Shown: piece by piece, positions 1 to 12,700 of the stretch | Position numbering within the stretch: the stretch's first letter is position 1 | Layout of the letters: each line of letters opens with the position of its first letter | Source of the DNA: Anthoceros angustus | Taxonomy: Eukaryota > Plantae > Anthocerotophyta | NCBI GenBank assembly: GCA_010909165.1 | Contig: MU008225.1 | Coordinates: 1 to 64,000 of the forward strand | Direction: 5' to 3' | Length of the DNA: 64,000 nt | Notes under the pieces: model-generated | What the model was told of the DNA's origin: nothing | The model's input: the letters and a program-made list of their open reading frames with translations, nothing else | Databases searched by the model: none | Made by a program: the position numbers and the translations under genes

Positions 1-899
1 AATGCCAATGCCTGGAGCAAGTTCCGGCGCTAATTTGGGAATTTCACGCAGTGATAAGGCTAAGGCCAAGGTGCCACCACCGAGAAGGTGGCCTCCCTGA
101 GGCGTTTATTGCCTCACCGCAGATGGCGGCACTCATGGCCTACCTCTGAGCTGCCAAGCGCCGCCTTGTTCCACAAAGTGCGGATGAGGAGGACTATGGG
201 CCACCGTGACGCTGTGGTCATTGTTGCCCACCACCGAGCATCCTTCAACACCGCCACCACATGGGTAGGCTAAGAGTTGCCTTCCCATTGACGCTGCATC
301 CGGATCTCTGGACCAGTACTCGATCATGCAGCCATGCACTCCCAAAGACACTACCACTGGAGCCATCCCTATTCGATGCCTGACCATTTTGGGAGAGCGC
401 ATAGATAACACTCAGGATAGCACGGGAGAATCCACTTGAATCACCCCTCTTGCCTCAAGCTCACCGAGCAATTGAGATTTTGATGTCCCGGTTCACCCTC
501 CAAGACATGGGGATGGGTCGATCAGCATTGGAGACAAGGCTAGCAAGAGGATTCATCTGCCAGCCAAGCGATCGGCCCTTGAGGACTTAGGGCGGGTCTC
601 GCCCCATGGGCTGGATCACAGGTCGTGAAGCGTTTGGGAGTCCGTCGAGTATGAGCTGTCTTGGGCACCCACCAATCTTAATCAGGAGGGGACTGTGGGA
701 CCCATGTCCTGTGCTCCTGCAGCCCCTGGAGTGGAATCGCCATGTCCCATGGCAGACAGCCCTTGCAGGCTTCCTCGCCTCGTTACGTGCCCACTTATCG
801 GCAGATTCGGACCGGGCCAGAGCTCCCGACTGGGCCAAAGTTTCTGCAGCCCGAGTATGAGTCTGGAAAAGGTCTCTTGCAAAGAACAAAGTATGCCGG

Positions 900-1260
900 G
901 AGAGCATCTGCCCCTAAATTGAATTTTGAAGCCCACCGGAGAGGACTTGCATTACGGGCAAAGGAGGTTTGCATCGTGAAGGACTCCTTGAAAGCACAAG
1001 TGGTTTCTTTGAGTGCCCGTCGGAATAAGAGCGGGGTGGCGATTTGTTGGAGGCTGGCCAACAAACACTCGATGTTTGGCGATCTGGGCGGATGGTAATG
1101 ATGAAGACACGAGATGGGAGCGAGGACTCGAGGGCTTTGGTTGAAGTCGACACTTTCGATGAGGAAGAACTTGAGCGGATCTGAACTTGGCTGTAGTTTA
1201 TGATTCGTGTCGGCGCACCTGAGTCACAAGTTAGCCCAGGGCGTAGCGTTTGTAGTTGTG
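900..1260 (+). repeat. Unclassified dispersed repeat with coding-like content, homologous to 27370-27730
   Basis: Shares CAAGTGGTTTCTTTGAGTGCCC (~997 vs ~27459) and GAGTCACAAGTTAGCCC (~1221 vs ~27690) with colinear similarity between them. Confidence 0.6.
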
Positions 1261-1624
1261 AACTATTATGCATGCTAGTGGTCAATTTTGGCGGAACCTA
1301 AAGCAGGATGGTCTCCCGGCTTGCAGACGACGTACCCATACCTAGTTTTGTTGTGTTATTACTAGGCCTTTTGTCAATGTGGAAATGGATCATCGCACAA
1401 AACAAACTACTTTTGACTACTGCGCGCCGGCCACAGCCCTTGACCCTTCCTTGGTTTTGTTGTTTCACAAACTGCGCATTTAGCTGTAGGAATCATTGTC
1501 CATGGAATGGGACACCTGGAAATCCAAAAAAACACGGTTTTGGGAACCATGTGTTATTAGTGAAGGAGGTTTCGTTCAACCAGAAGCGGGTTCGGATATT
1601 CACCCCCTTCACTGAATAGCGTGT

Positions 1625-2480
1625 TAACTATCATATTCGGGAGAACAAGGCTCTTACCAAGCAATTGGCAGCTCGAGAGGAGAAGGTGGAGCAACTTGCT
1701 CACATGGTGCGCACATGGGAAAAGAAGGCGGAAGACAAGCAAGTGCTGCTAATGGAGGAAAGGTCAAGACGAGAGCAATCTCTGCAGCAAATGAGGACAG
1801 CACAAAGGCAAGTAGGCGCACATGAGCGGGTCATAGCCACACAGGCTGTGAAGATTAGTGACATGGAAAAGGAGCTGGGAGAAATCCGCCGGAGGCTGGA
1901 ATTGAAGGAAGAAGAGCTGGAAGAACGGACACATTTTGTCCAAAGATTGGAAATGGAGCAGAAGTCCAACAAGGAGATGCACAACTCCCTAGGAGGATAG
2001 GGGAGTTGGAGGAAGAAATGGCAAAGGAGAAAGGCCGTCATGAGGCGGTGGTGCGAGCATATGTTGGCGGTGAGGAGGCGAGATTTGGTGATTATGCCCT
2101 ACAAGAGAGATTGATCCATGCTGCAGAATGAGAGGACGGAGAATGTGGCTCTCCATGTCAAGGCGGTGAGCTGGCCTTGGGCGAGATGCTTACAAAAGCA
2201 AGTGTGAGCATGGGTATGGCTTGAGGATTACGAATTGGAGATGGCACAACAACGATTTGCGGCCCATCTTCACAACAAGGTGCTCAAGGCCACTAACGAG
2301 TTGTTGCGACTTCTTTGAGAGGAGGATGTTGGGACCTCATGGCGATGATAGGGAGGCCCTCATGCAAGTCAACCGGAAGCCTTAGACTTGGAGAGTGTCC
2401 CAAGCAGGGGTGAAGAAACTTGGGGAAGCAGTGAGCGGGAAGCTGCAGTGGAGAATCACCCGGAAGGGGAAGAAGAAAGA
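1625..2480 (+). CDS. Frameshifted C-terminal coiled-coil part of the LTR-internal protein
   Basis: ORF 1665-2000 is E/K/R-rich heptad-like (AAREEKVEQLAHMVRTWEKK...ELKEEELEERTHFVQRLEME). The same peptide recurs at 50540-50860 (+) and 54170-56160 (-). Confidence 0.55.
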
Positions 2481-2482
2481 CC

Positions 2483-2572
2483 CGGTAGGAACTCCTACCG
2501 TGGTAGGAGGAGTTCCTACCGTGGTAGGAGGGACTCCTACCGTGGGAGAAGGTCCTACCATGGTAGGAGGCC
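2483..2572. repeat. ~21-bp-period array of the CCTACC(A/G)TGGTAGG palindrome
   Basis: Four to five units visible directly. CCTACCATGGTAGG is a perfect 14-bp palindrome. Confidence 0.85.
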
Positions 2573-3107
2573 GGGAGTTCAAAGGTTGCTAGCATGGATT
2601 GTGACGGCGGGAGGCAGTACCTTGGCCCTTGCGGAAAGAAGGAAGAGGGGTTGATCTTGCGGAATGGAGCAAGAATCACAAGGAGAAGACCAACCTCCTA
2701 ACATGGGTGCAGGGCAAGGAGCTCACTTGCTCCACAAGTGAGAAGGAGGAGAAGGCGAGGATGAGCCGGTGGCTAAGAGCCGGGCTATTTTATTGGAGGA
2801 AGGAACTCAAGATAGGCATCAAGATAAGGAAGGGATTCATAAGAAGTCCTTAAATTAGCTTGAAGACATGGGGCAAGATGCCACTTGGGAAGACTTTTCT
2901 TTAGAGGAGGACATTAATGCTTGTCACCCGAGAGTGTGTTGACTAGCTAGATAGGAATGTTGGCGAGCCATTAAGGCTCACATAGGTGAATTTTGCTAGA
3001 ATAGAATTTTACCCAAGATGCTTGGATGTCGAACTTAAATTAAATAGGATACACTAAAATAAGGAGTAAGGCGGTGCAGGAGGCGCGAGAGGCTGTGAGG
3101 ACCTCCC

Positions 3108-3113
3108 TATAAA
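3108..3113 (+). promoter_or_regulatory. TATA box of the canonical LTR promoter
   Basis: CCCTATAAAGGAGG about 850 bp from the LTR 3' end. Conserved at the equivalent position in copies at ~9520, ~10585, ~38583, 52120 and 53176. Confidence 0.6.
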
Positions 3114-4499
3114 GGAGGAGCTTGTGAAGTAAAATTATCGTGTCTTGCGCTCCCATCCTCCAGTCCTTCACTTTGTGCAGAATTTCGTCACGCCAACGCG
3201 ATGTCTCGTAGAGAGGAGAACGCGGTCGGAGTCGGGTGGAGGGCTTGCTCTTTGCAGCGCCCCTGCTGTGAATGGTTCTGTGTGAATTGTTTTGCTTTGA
3301 GTGTGTGGCGATGCTCAAGGAACTCTCGGCTTGAGGGTAGACTCAGGAAAGACTCCACGGAGGTTCTCGCTGTCTGGTACAAACCACATAGCGCCCAAGG
3401 AAGAACTCGTTAATTTCGGACGGACCCAGGCGGTTGTGCGTGGAATTAATGAGCCAATTGGTGTTAGAGTAGGAGATTGTGGAGGAAGGAAGGGTAGATG
3501 AGTAGAGAAGAAGAGGCGTTGTTGATTGAGAGAGTTGTGAGGAGAATTAGAGTGTAGGAAAAACGGAAGGCCACAGTCAGAGCCTAAGGGACGAATCCCA
3601 AATCTGCAAGTAAGAGGGCGCTCCCTGTGTGGAGAAGAGTGTCTTAGGAGTAGGGACGAAGTTGCGGTGTGGGTCAGGGGGTCCCTGGGCGCCCGTGATA
3701 GACACCTTGCTGTTAAGACGTAACCTGCAATTGTGTGGTGTCGTTGTAGGTTGAGGTTTGGTGAGTTCTGAGCGATGCAGCGTGCTGCTGTAGAGGCGTG
3801 AGAGGCGCCTTGCTTGTTTAGAAGGCTGAGGTAGTGTGTAGGCTGGTAGTGGTGATTTCTCAAGATTGTTCCACAAGTCTCATGGGACGAAACCCAGCGT
3901 CTAAAGCAGCGGTGGGATAAGTGTGGCGGAGAGGGTGCATCTCGAGCCCCGGATCTGCCTCCCACAATCTTTCGTGCGCCCCGCGTCCGTTCAACTAGAG
4001 GGGCCGGTGAGGCCGAGACGCGCCCACTCGATCGCAGCCGAGGCGATAGCCGAGGTCTCACGCGCTAATTGTGCTATGCACCCGGCTTACAACTCCCTTT
4101 TCTCTCTCTTTCAAGTAAAACAACTATCAGTTTTTGACTTTCGCACATTAAAGTGTTCGAGCTATTTTCCACCGTTTTACCAGAGTACTTTTAAAGTTTT
4201 ACGGACTTATGACATACTTCCTAGGTATATTCTACCGGAGTTGAAGGAGTGTACACCGGTGATTTTGGATGTGCCTGGTCTTCAGAGTAATATTTCTTCC
4301 TCTGCTCATTGTACGGCCCGGATAGAAAGTTTATCATTTCGAGTATCTCGTCCAAACGCGAATATTTCTACAGGCAATTACAATGTAAGAAACTGTGCAA
4401 ATTGAATATAACTATTCAAAATCTTATATACTAACCTCAAACAGTGCAAACAACTCCTTTTGATTCTTTGATAGCTACAAACAAAGGTAAAAACAGGTT

Positions 4500-5940
4500 A
4501 ATATTTTACCTCAATTTCAAGTCGAAGTAGATCTTGCTCGGTAAATACCTTTCTGACTAATGTTAAGCAATGGCTGTGAAGATTTTCCACATTGCGGAAA
4601 TGTGATTATGCGTTAAGAGACACAACCAATTTCCATATTTTTATATATAGAAATCTTAATATAAACAGACCTTTTGAATGTTTTTTGTTGTTTCTGGATC
4701 TTCCATGAGGGACAACAAGTCTGTAGTTTTCAGCTCCTTATTTTCGATGGCTTCCGATATCTCTACATTACCAAAATACAAGGTATTAATAGTATTACTT
4801 CACACAAACCAATTAATCCAAGAATCTTACTTCTCTGTATCTCCATGTGCTGTTGTAGTGTTGGTGTAGACCCATCTTCATTGAGGATTGGCTGCGCTGG
4901 ATCTTTAAGACTATGTTCCCAAATGGGAACATATTTGTTTTTGAAATCTTGGAATACTTGTGGATATTGGAAGTTATTCATCCATTTTCCATAATCAGCA
5001 AATTCTCTCGACGGGCCATACGTTGGTGCATAATCTTCGAACTCGTCTATTTTTCTCTTTTTCTGCTTTGGAAATACATCAATTAGTTTAAGTTGCTAAA
5101 ATCAAACGTGCAAATAGCCAAATTATGACTTTAACCAACCTGATGAGAGATGGCTGTTTTGTCGATTTTATCGTCCATTACTTCTATTTTTTCCTTTTTT
5201 TCCTTAGCATCAGCTGCTTGTTCTGCAACACTCTGTAAACAAAGATTAATAAATATTTTTTATTCATAATATACTGCAACTATTAATGGCAGCAGATTAT
5301 TTGTTAAAATACCTCCAATATCGACTGAATCGAGATTTGATGTCCGTTGAACCTCCTGACCAAAGTCATTGTCTCCAACTCTAATTGAGCAGTTGATCTT
5401 AGATTCTTCTTTATATCCTGCAAGCATTAGACAGTCATTGTAAGCATTCTGATAACAATTCTCCAATCCTATAATCTTAGAGTACATGGTGTCGAAAAGT
5501 TTTGCCTTTTTAATTTTCTCCAGTTGGGCAGGCACCTGGCAAAGGAGTTGCAGGTCTTGTTTGTCCATGGATGTGAACATAGTGTGCTCTGTGAGAACTG
5601 GAGAACATACATTGAGTGAGATATATGCCTCTCAACTTTCCAAATAGGCATGTGACAAAATAGTACCTTTCTCAACTATCTTTCGTATTTCGAGGAGGGG
5701 ATTTGAATCTCTGGTCCTGCGCCATATCCTGGATCCCCATGGGTGGGAACATGATTGTCTAACCGCCAACTATTGTTGTTTGTTGGCTCTATGCTCCTAT
5801 GGTCGCTTTCTGCAAAAGTATTGTTTTGATTACCAGTTTTCATCGTTTTGAACTTCTTAAACTAGGAAAATGAGGTAAGTGGTTTACCTTCTTCGATATC
5901 GACCATTTCGTCGTTGCTTTCATTCATTGATACCATTTTG
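4500..5940 (-). CDS. Probable multi-exon gene or pseudogene of unknown function (AT-rich, possibly transposon-borne)
   Basis: Minus-strand open segments (5260-5580, 4763-5085) are separated by short AT-rich intervals with GT/AG-like edges. No recognisable domain. Confidence 0.3.
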
Positions 5941-5989
5941 AAGACGACAAAGACAGTTTAGTACGTGTTTCAATACATGCCGACCAGCA

Positions 5990-6150
5990 ATGAGCCGCAT
6001 GTGGGCGCATGTCGCCAACGCCGTCAGATGCGGTGCGTCACCGCTCACATGCCGCCGGGCACATGCCGCCGCGTGCCGCCACATGCCGCCGGTCGCCATT
6101 ACGCCGCCGCGTCCAGATTCCACGCGATATTAGGCGCCCACATGCGCCGC
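5990..6150. repeat. Cluster of CACATGCCGCC motifs
   Basis: Three exact copies at ~6054-6090 plus degenerate copies in a GC-rich island. Confidence 0.7.
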
Positions 6151-6969
6151 AGTATATCAAGAAAACGGGTTAACTAGCATTTCATTGGTGAACTGAACGG
6201 AAAATTCGGGTGTTGATCGGACGCTAAATCGAAACCTTGAGATCATGGACTTTGAGCAGACACATTTGACACTAAACGACTGTTTAGCCTCACCTTGCCG
6301 TTTGTCAAAGTCGTGTTTGTTGACGTCGGGACACCACGCCCGTTATTGCACGTCCGCTTCCTGCAAAAGGCGAGCAGTCAGATTGTCAGGGGTTGTAGAA
6401 TACATGGCAAAAAAGGCGAGTTCTTGAAACTCCTGCAGACAGTCTGAAATATATGGCGCCATAAGCAAACAGATAAGGAAGGGTGTGGAAGAACTGTAAA
6501 TTTCAGCAAGAACGCACATAGACACGCAAATACCCTTCACAGTTGTCCAGCAACAGAAGCTTCAAATCACTGCTCAGTAAGAGAACCGCCCTTAGAAAGT
6601 GCCTGGGAAGCAGTAAGAGAGGTTAGTGACGGGTGCGGATGGAGCTCAACTTTAGACGACGGACAAAAGCTGGATGGATGCAGCGCTGGGCGAAGTGAGG
6701 TGGTTGCAGCCTGGAACAAGACAACTACATGAGCAACGGATACTGATGTATTCAACTGATGTATTCGTGCAAGGATATACCAAACCTGGCAGAGTTTAGC
6801 AAGTCGTTGTGTATTCCTGCAAAACCATATGACGACATGACCATATGGCGATGAGAAAGGGCGCTAACGTCAGTGTGCTGGCGAAAAGCAAGAGAAGCTA
6901 CGTATTTACCTTAGCAGTTGCAAACCCAGCTTTCCTGGTGGGCTCTAGCGAGACACGCTGTGTTCTCGG

Positions 6970-7325
6970 TCGTTGGAGCGTAACCAGAGAACGAGAGCTT
7001 TTGCAGACAGCCGTCCACCACCTGGCTGCAGACTGTCCGTTGCAATCAAGTTGCTGGGCAACAAAAATGAGAAAACACTTAAACTGTGGGGCGGCCGCGC
7101 TAACCATATTGCGCAAGAAAGGGCGATAACAACTCAATGCCTGCTTGCGAAAAGAACAAGGGGAAGCTACTGTTTTTACCTCAGCAGAGCACTTGGTGGG
7201 CTCCGTTGTTTTTGCTGACATCATCTGCTCTAGGTCGTTGGAGCATAACCAGAGAACGAGAGCTTTTGCAGACAACCATCCACCACCTTGCTGCAGACTC
7301 TCCGCTGAAAACAAGTTGCTGGGCC
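6970..7325. repeat. ~90-bp direct repeat (6970-7059 and 7236-7324)
   Basis: TCGTTGGAGC.TAACCAGAGAACGAGAGCTTTTGCAGACA...CAAGTTGCTGGGC is present twice. Confidence 0.85.
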
Positions 7326-7466
7326 TAACAGAAAACAAGAAGAGACCGCTCGCGCTCCTGTCACACCGCGCTCGCGCTCCCATCACAGACGGAGGCAAAT
7401 GCTTGACGGCAGAGGGACAACGGTGGGCAGGGACGCACGGCAAGACCACAACTCTCCGCCATCGGG

Positions 7467-7769
7467 TTTATATAGCAGAATGTTAGGGTTCTCAATGTTT
7501 CCAGCCGGAAGTGTGCGTGGCACTTTCTGATTCGTCGGGAGGTTCGTCTTACGCCCCGGCGGTTTTCGGTTTGGTAGTTTAAGTTTAGGTTTGGCAAAGT
7601 CGGGCTAGGTTTGGGAAGGTAGGGTGGCGGCGGCTGACCAATCGCAGACTTAGTTAGGTTTGGTCACCGGCTCGGAAATCTAGGTTCGGAAAATTCAAAT
7701 GAGGCCTAGTAGAGAGAGAACGGCGGTGCAGCAGAAGGAGAAACCCTAGGGTTTGATAGGCTATTTAAG
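7467..7769. promoter_or_regulatory. Candidate divergent promoter
   Basis: Minus-strand TATATAAA at 7467-7474, palindromic telo-box AAACCCTAGGGTTT at 7741-7754, plus-strand CTATTTAAG at 7761-7769. Strand T-richness switches across this interval. Confidence 0.4.
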
Positions 7770-7808
7770 CGCTTTCTCCACATTTCAAGGTCTTTTCCAC
7801 TTCCCGCT

Positions 7809-8074
7809 CCGAGGGCCAAGGTTCTTGCATCTTTTGGTTTGTTCTTTGTCTTAGTTTTGAACGTCCGAAGCCCGAGGTCTTCCTGTGTTTGCTCCGTTTT
7901 TCTTTGGTATGTTGCACGTCCGAAGGCCAAGGTCATCTTGGTTTGCGTCCTTATTGCAGGGATAGGTATGTCCGAAGGCCAAGGTCTGGTCTAGTTTAGT
8001 AGTTGTTGTTCTGTTGTGATGGTGATTCGTTTTTCATCCAGTAGGCCATCTGCCTCTTCCCGAAGGCCAAGGTT
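7809..8074 (+). repeat. Five spaced copies of CCGAAGGCCAAGGT
   Basis: Copies start at 7809, 7865, 7920, 7972 and 8060 (first two have mismatches), with T-rich non-identical spacers. Confidence 0.8.
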
Positions 8075-9776
8075 GGTTGGTTTCGATGGCTAAGTTTCTA
8101 GAGGTTAAAGGCGAAGATCCTCCTTATGTTTGCACCTTTGTTTGGTGTCGTCTTTTTTGTCTGTTCCTGGTTTTGCGCTGTTGTGCCAGTTGTTTTTCGG
8201 CCTCCTTGATTGTTGTTGATGTTGCGGCTGTCCTCTGTGTGCGGCGCTGTACTTCCTTGTCACGTTTGCTTGTTTACTTCTATCTCGCTTCTCGCCCATT
8301 TGTATTTCGTTTCGAACGCTGTTCGCTTTCGAACGATGTTGTTCGCCAAGGTCAAGTTTCGAGATTAAAGGCTGTCTTTTCCGTGTTGTTTTGTGTGGCG
8401 GTTTGCTCTCGCTTACCGCGCTGCTGTAAGTGTCCTTGTTTTCTAGTTTGTGTCCTATTGTCTGTACTGTTGTGGCATTTGCATGGCGGTTTTGCCGGTC
8501 TTCTGTTGGTATTGGTGCGTGTTTTTGCCGCTCAAAGGTTGTTGAAGGCCTTTAGGAGACGGTTTGTGTATGTTTGTTCATGGTGTTTGTGTGGTACCTG
8601 ATAAGGTCAGTTCTTCTCTTTCTGTCAAGGTTTGAAGTTTTGCGTGTCTTTCCTCTTGTTGTCGCTGTCTATATATGTCCGTATGTGCATTTCCAATGAA
8701 GTATGTCTGTGGGAGGGAAAACCCCGGGGCTTCCGAGGCTTCCCCCTCTAGCGGCCACACTTATCCCACTATCGCTCAGACGCTGTTTCCATGAGACTTG
8801 TGTAAAAGCTCGAGTCTTGTGGAAAACAATCACACACAACCATGACCTTCTAAACAAGCAAGGCGCCTCTACTCTCCCTCTGACTTGCACTGCCTCCTAA
8901 AATCACCAATCCTCGACCTACAATGACACAACACAATTGTGTGTCTTGCCTTAGCTGAGGAGCCTATCACGGGCGTCCAGGATCCACCGCACCGTCCTAC
9001 TTCAAAGACCAATCTTCTCCACACTGAGCGCCTTTTGCAGCATTTGGGATTCGTCGCCTTAGGCTCGCCTGCGGCCTTCCACTAGCACCACACTCTAATC
9101 CTCTTTTCATCTCCTCCTCTTCCTCCTATTAACCTCGCCTTCGCCTTGGCTCGCCTCACGGCACAACCGCCGCGAGGTCGCCCTACACCGGCAAGTTCTT
9201 CCTTGGGCCGGTTGCAGTTTGACACAGACAGAACCTCCAGAGTCTTTCCCTGTAGTCTACCCTCAAGCCGAGAGTTCCCTGGGCATTGCCACACACCCAA
9301 AGCAAAGCAATTTCACAGCAACCATTCACAAGGGGAGCAACTCGTTTAGGCACTTGCAGGGAGCAAGCCCTCCACCAAGCACTCCGACCACCGCGACTTC
9401 CTCTCTACCAGACGCTGTGTTGGCTCACAGCTGGCACAAAATTCCTTTACAACGGCAAAGGACTTGCGAGTATGGAAGCGCAAGACGTGATACTTTACTT
9501 TGTGAAATCCTCCTCCTCTTATAGGAGGCCTTCCACATACAACCTCCCTTGGGTGACCCTTCTGCAGGTCACCTTTTCCAATATTCTATTATTTCCTACC
9601 GCCAACATTTAAGGCTCATCTAAGTCTGCTGTCGATTCTTCTATTCCTCTTCACCTAAGATCATCCTTAAAGGATGTCACCATCTCACCTATCCTTCCTA
9701 TTCTCTCCTAGTTCATTTATGGCCTTTGACCATACCTAGTCCTAATCCTCTGAGGTAGGGCGTCTCCCATGGATTG

Positions 9777-12700
9777 TGTGGTAGGAAAACCCGGGGCTCA
9801 GATCCTCCCACTCTAGCGGCCACACTTATCCCAGCCCCGTGGGTTTCGTCCCATGAGACTCGTGTGTGAAAGTTTGAGGTCGTGATGATGCGATCGCTAC
9901 TGTTGACACACTTTCGGCCTTCTAAACAAACAGGCGCCCTACTCTCCCTCTTCAGTGCACTTGCTTTCAGAAAAATCACCAATCCTCGACCTACGACACA
10001 ACACAATTACGGGTCCTGCCTTAGCGAGGAGCCTATCACGGGCGCCGGGGACCCCCAGTCCACACGCATTTTGTCCCTACTTCTAAGACCACTCTTCTCC
10101 ACTCGGGGGCGCTCTTTTACTTGCAGTTTGGGATTCGTCCCTTAGGCTCACTGTGGCCTTCCACTAACACCTACCTCTAATCCTCTCTACTTCTCATCAT
10201 CCTCTTCCTCCTATTCTAACCTCGATTCGGGCTTCTTGCCGCTACTGGCTGCTGCACAGGTCGGCCTCCACCAAGTTCTTCCTTGGGCGGTTGCTATGAG
10301 TTTGACACACGGCGAGAACCTCCGAGTCTTTCCACTGGTCTACCCTCAAGCCGAGAGTTCACAGGCATTGCCACACACCCAAAGCAAAGCAATTTCACGG
10401 CAACCATTCACAAGGGAGCAACTCGTTTAGGCACTTGCGGTGAGCCCTCCACCAAGCACTCCGACCGCGACTTCCTCTCTACCGGGCGTTGGCTCACGTG
10501 CACGAAATTCCTTTAATGGCAAAGGACTCGGGGAGTATGGGCGCAAGGACGTGATACTTTACTTTGTGAAATCCTCCTCCTCTTATAGGAGGCCTTCCAC
10601 ATACAACCTCCCTTGGGTGACCCTACTGCAGGTCACCTTTTCCAATATTTTATTATTTCCTACTTGACATTTAATAGGCTGGCATCTAAGTCTTTATAGT
10701 CCTTGGTAAATTCTATTCTAGCAATTTCACCTAAGCTCATCCTTAAAGGATGTCAGCCTACCTCACCTATCCTTTCTATTATTCCTCTCATCATTTATGG
10801 TCTTTGACCATATCTAGTCTTCACCTTTGGGGTGGTGGAGCGTGTGGATTGGCTCCCTCGCCCTCCTTTTGCTCCCTTCGATCCTTGTCATCTTCCCAAT
10901 GTGTGGGGCAAGTACAATCTTGCCCCTTCCTCCATCTCATGAGGCGCCTGATTCCTGTCTCCGCGCCGCTCGGCCTCAGCGCCCTTTCCGCTCCTCTGTA
11001 GTCTGGCGGACTCTGGTGGTGACCATGGTAGTCGATCCTTCTCCTTCTTCTCTTCTTCTCCATCTGATGTCTCTTGGGTGGAATCTCCTTGCTCCTTTCC
11101 TCTGTTTGATTTGTCCATACCATGGAGCATTTCTCAAAGTCTTTCCCCAATTGTCGATGTCTAACTTCTTGGGCCCTTTTGCATCACTCTTCTCACTGGC
11201 TCTTCCCTTATCCGGGGTGAGGAATTTCCTACCCTCCCCTTCCTCGCGTGGGACCCGTCCTTGGTCTCCCGGTGGGGTTGTCTCCCCACCTCCTCTTCTA
11301 TTCCAGGGGGTGTGTCACTAGGCCCCGGCTCCTTCCTCGGCCGGCCTCAGCGGCTCCCAGCCAGCGGTGTGCCCACCCCGGTGGTCGCGGACTACGGCGT
11401 GGGGTTGTCTACCACGGTGGTCTGGCGGACTACCGTGGTGAGGTGTCACCGTGGTAGGTGACCCCGGGGCTGTCCCCCTCCTCCTTGCTCCTTTCGCTCT
11501 CACCTTACTCCCAGTTCCTCGAGTCCATGTCACTTAGCCTCGTGAGTAGGCCTTCCATTTACTGCTGGCTCCTTCCTCATCATCATCATGAGGACCAATG
11601 TCCTCCTCTTACCGTAGACCTCATTGTTGGCCTTCAAAATCTATTGTGGAGGTGAGCCCCTATGAATCGCATTTGGAGATCATCAATCTCCATCCTCTCC
11701 ATCCACCTACCCTTGTAGGCGTCTCCTTGGTGGTCAATTCTCCCACCTTGACATGGAGGTCACATTCTCCTCCCCTTCCTTGGTGGGCCAATTTTGCTGA
11801 AGGGCATAATCGCCCAAAACCTTCGCTTCCTTACTACCCGGCATCCACCACCTTCTTGTGGTGCTCCTCCTCTTGGAACCTCCTTTGTTCCTCGGCCATT
11901 GCTTGGCAAGTCTCTCCCTCTCCTCCACTTGCGCACCCTTTTGCTCAACTCTTGTAGTCTTGGTCTTGAGCCTCAGCTCAGCGCTTCTCCTCACTTCGTC
12001 GTCCCAATTCTTTCCATGTCCGGATCTTGATGGCTTGGGTAGCCATCACTTGTCGTCCATTTGTTGGACGCCACCTTCTCCTTCCTAGAGCCTCCGTTTT
12101 GCCCTTCTTCTTGCTCTAATTGGGCAAAATGCTCCTCCATATACGCCTCCAAGAGTCCCTTTGGGTTGTGCCGAATGGCTCTCCTCTGTTGTGACAACCT
12201 TCCCTCAGGACCTTCTCAGTTGATCCACAAGGTCATGGCTTCTCCACCTCTCCAGCTTGGCTGCCTTCTCGTCGGACTCCATGGCCTCCAATTGCCATTT
12301 GGTCCTGCCTTCCTCTCGGCCATGTCTTGGGCTTTGACTTCCTCTTGCATGCCCACAAGGAGGCTGCTAGCTCCTAGCCCCTTCAAATCCACATGGTGAG
12401 TGCTTCACAAGCACTCGGTCTCTAAGGGCCCAAATTCCCTGTTGGCCTTGAAATCTCCAGCTCCTTGCATTCGCGGCCATCCTTGGGTCCCCTCACAGTC
12501 GCCCCATCCGCCCTTCCTCCAGCGGTGGTGGTGGCCTGGCGCGCCCGCAGCTTGGCTTCTCCTTCCCCTTCCCCTCGAGGCTGCTTTCTACGTGGGGTGC
12601 CTCTGTGAGGCTGCTCCCCCCAGCGGTGGTCGCCTACCTACAGTGGTGGTGACTCCCGATGGTCGCCCTCCTGGGTGGTGCCTCCCTCAGGGTGGGGCGA

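Larger units (their letters stand above)
1620..3965 (+). mobile_element. 5'-truncated long LTR, subfamily D (Gypsy-type)
   Basis: Near-identical (reverse complement) to 52300-54640. Ends CCTCCCACA at 3965 (TG..CA terminus). Contains a coiled-coil coding remnant, a palindrome cluster and TATAAA at 3108. Confidence 0.85.

Noticed and set aside
7809-8074. Spaced repeats as a CRISPR array
   Set aside because: The repeat is only 14 bp, spacing is irregular, spacers are low-complexity, and there are no cas genes.
8077-8601. 174-aa hydrophobic, Cys-rich ORF
   Set aside because: Explained by T/G-rich composition, with a non-ATG start and no motif.
8708-10800. Adjacent ~1-kb repeats as the two LTRs of one short element
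   Set aside because: TSD GATTG shows that the second copy is a 4.9-kb LTR inserted into the first.
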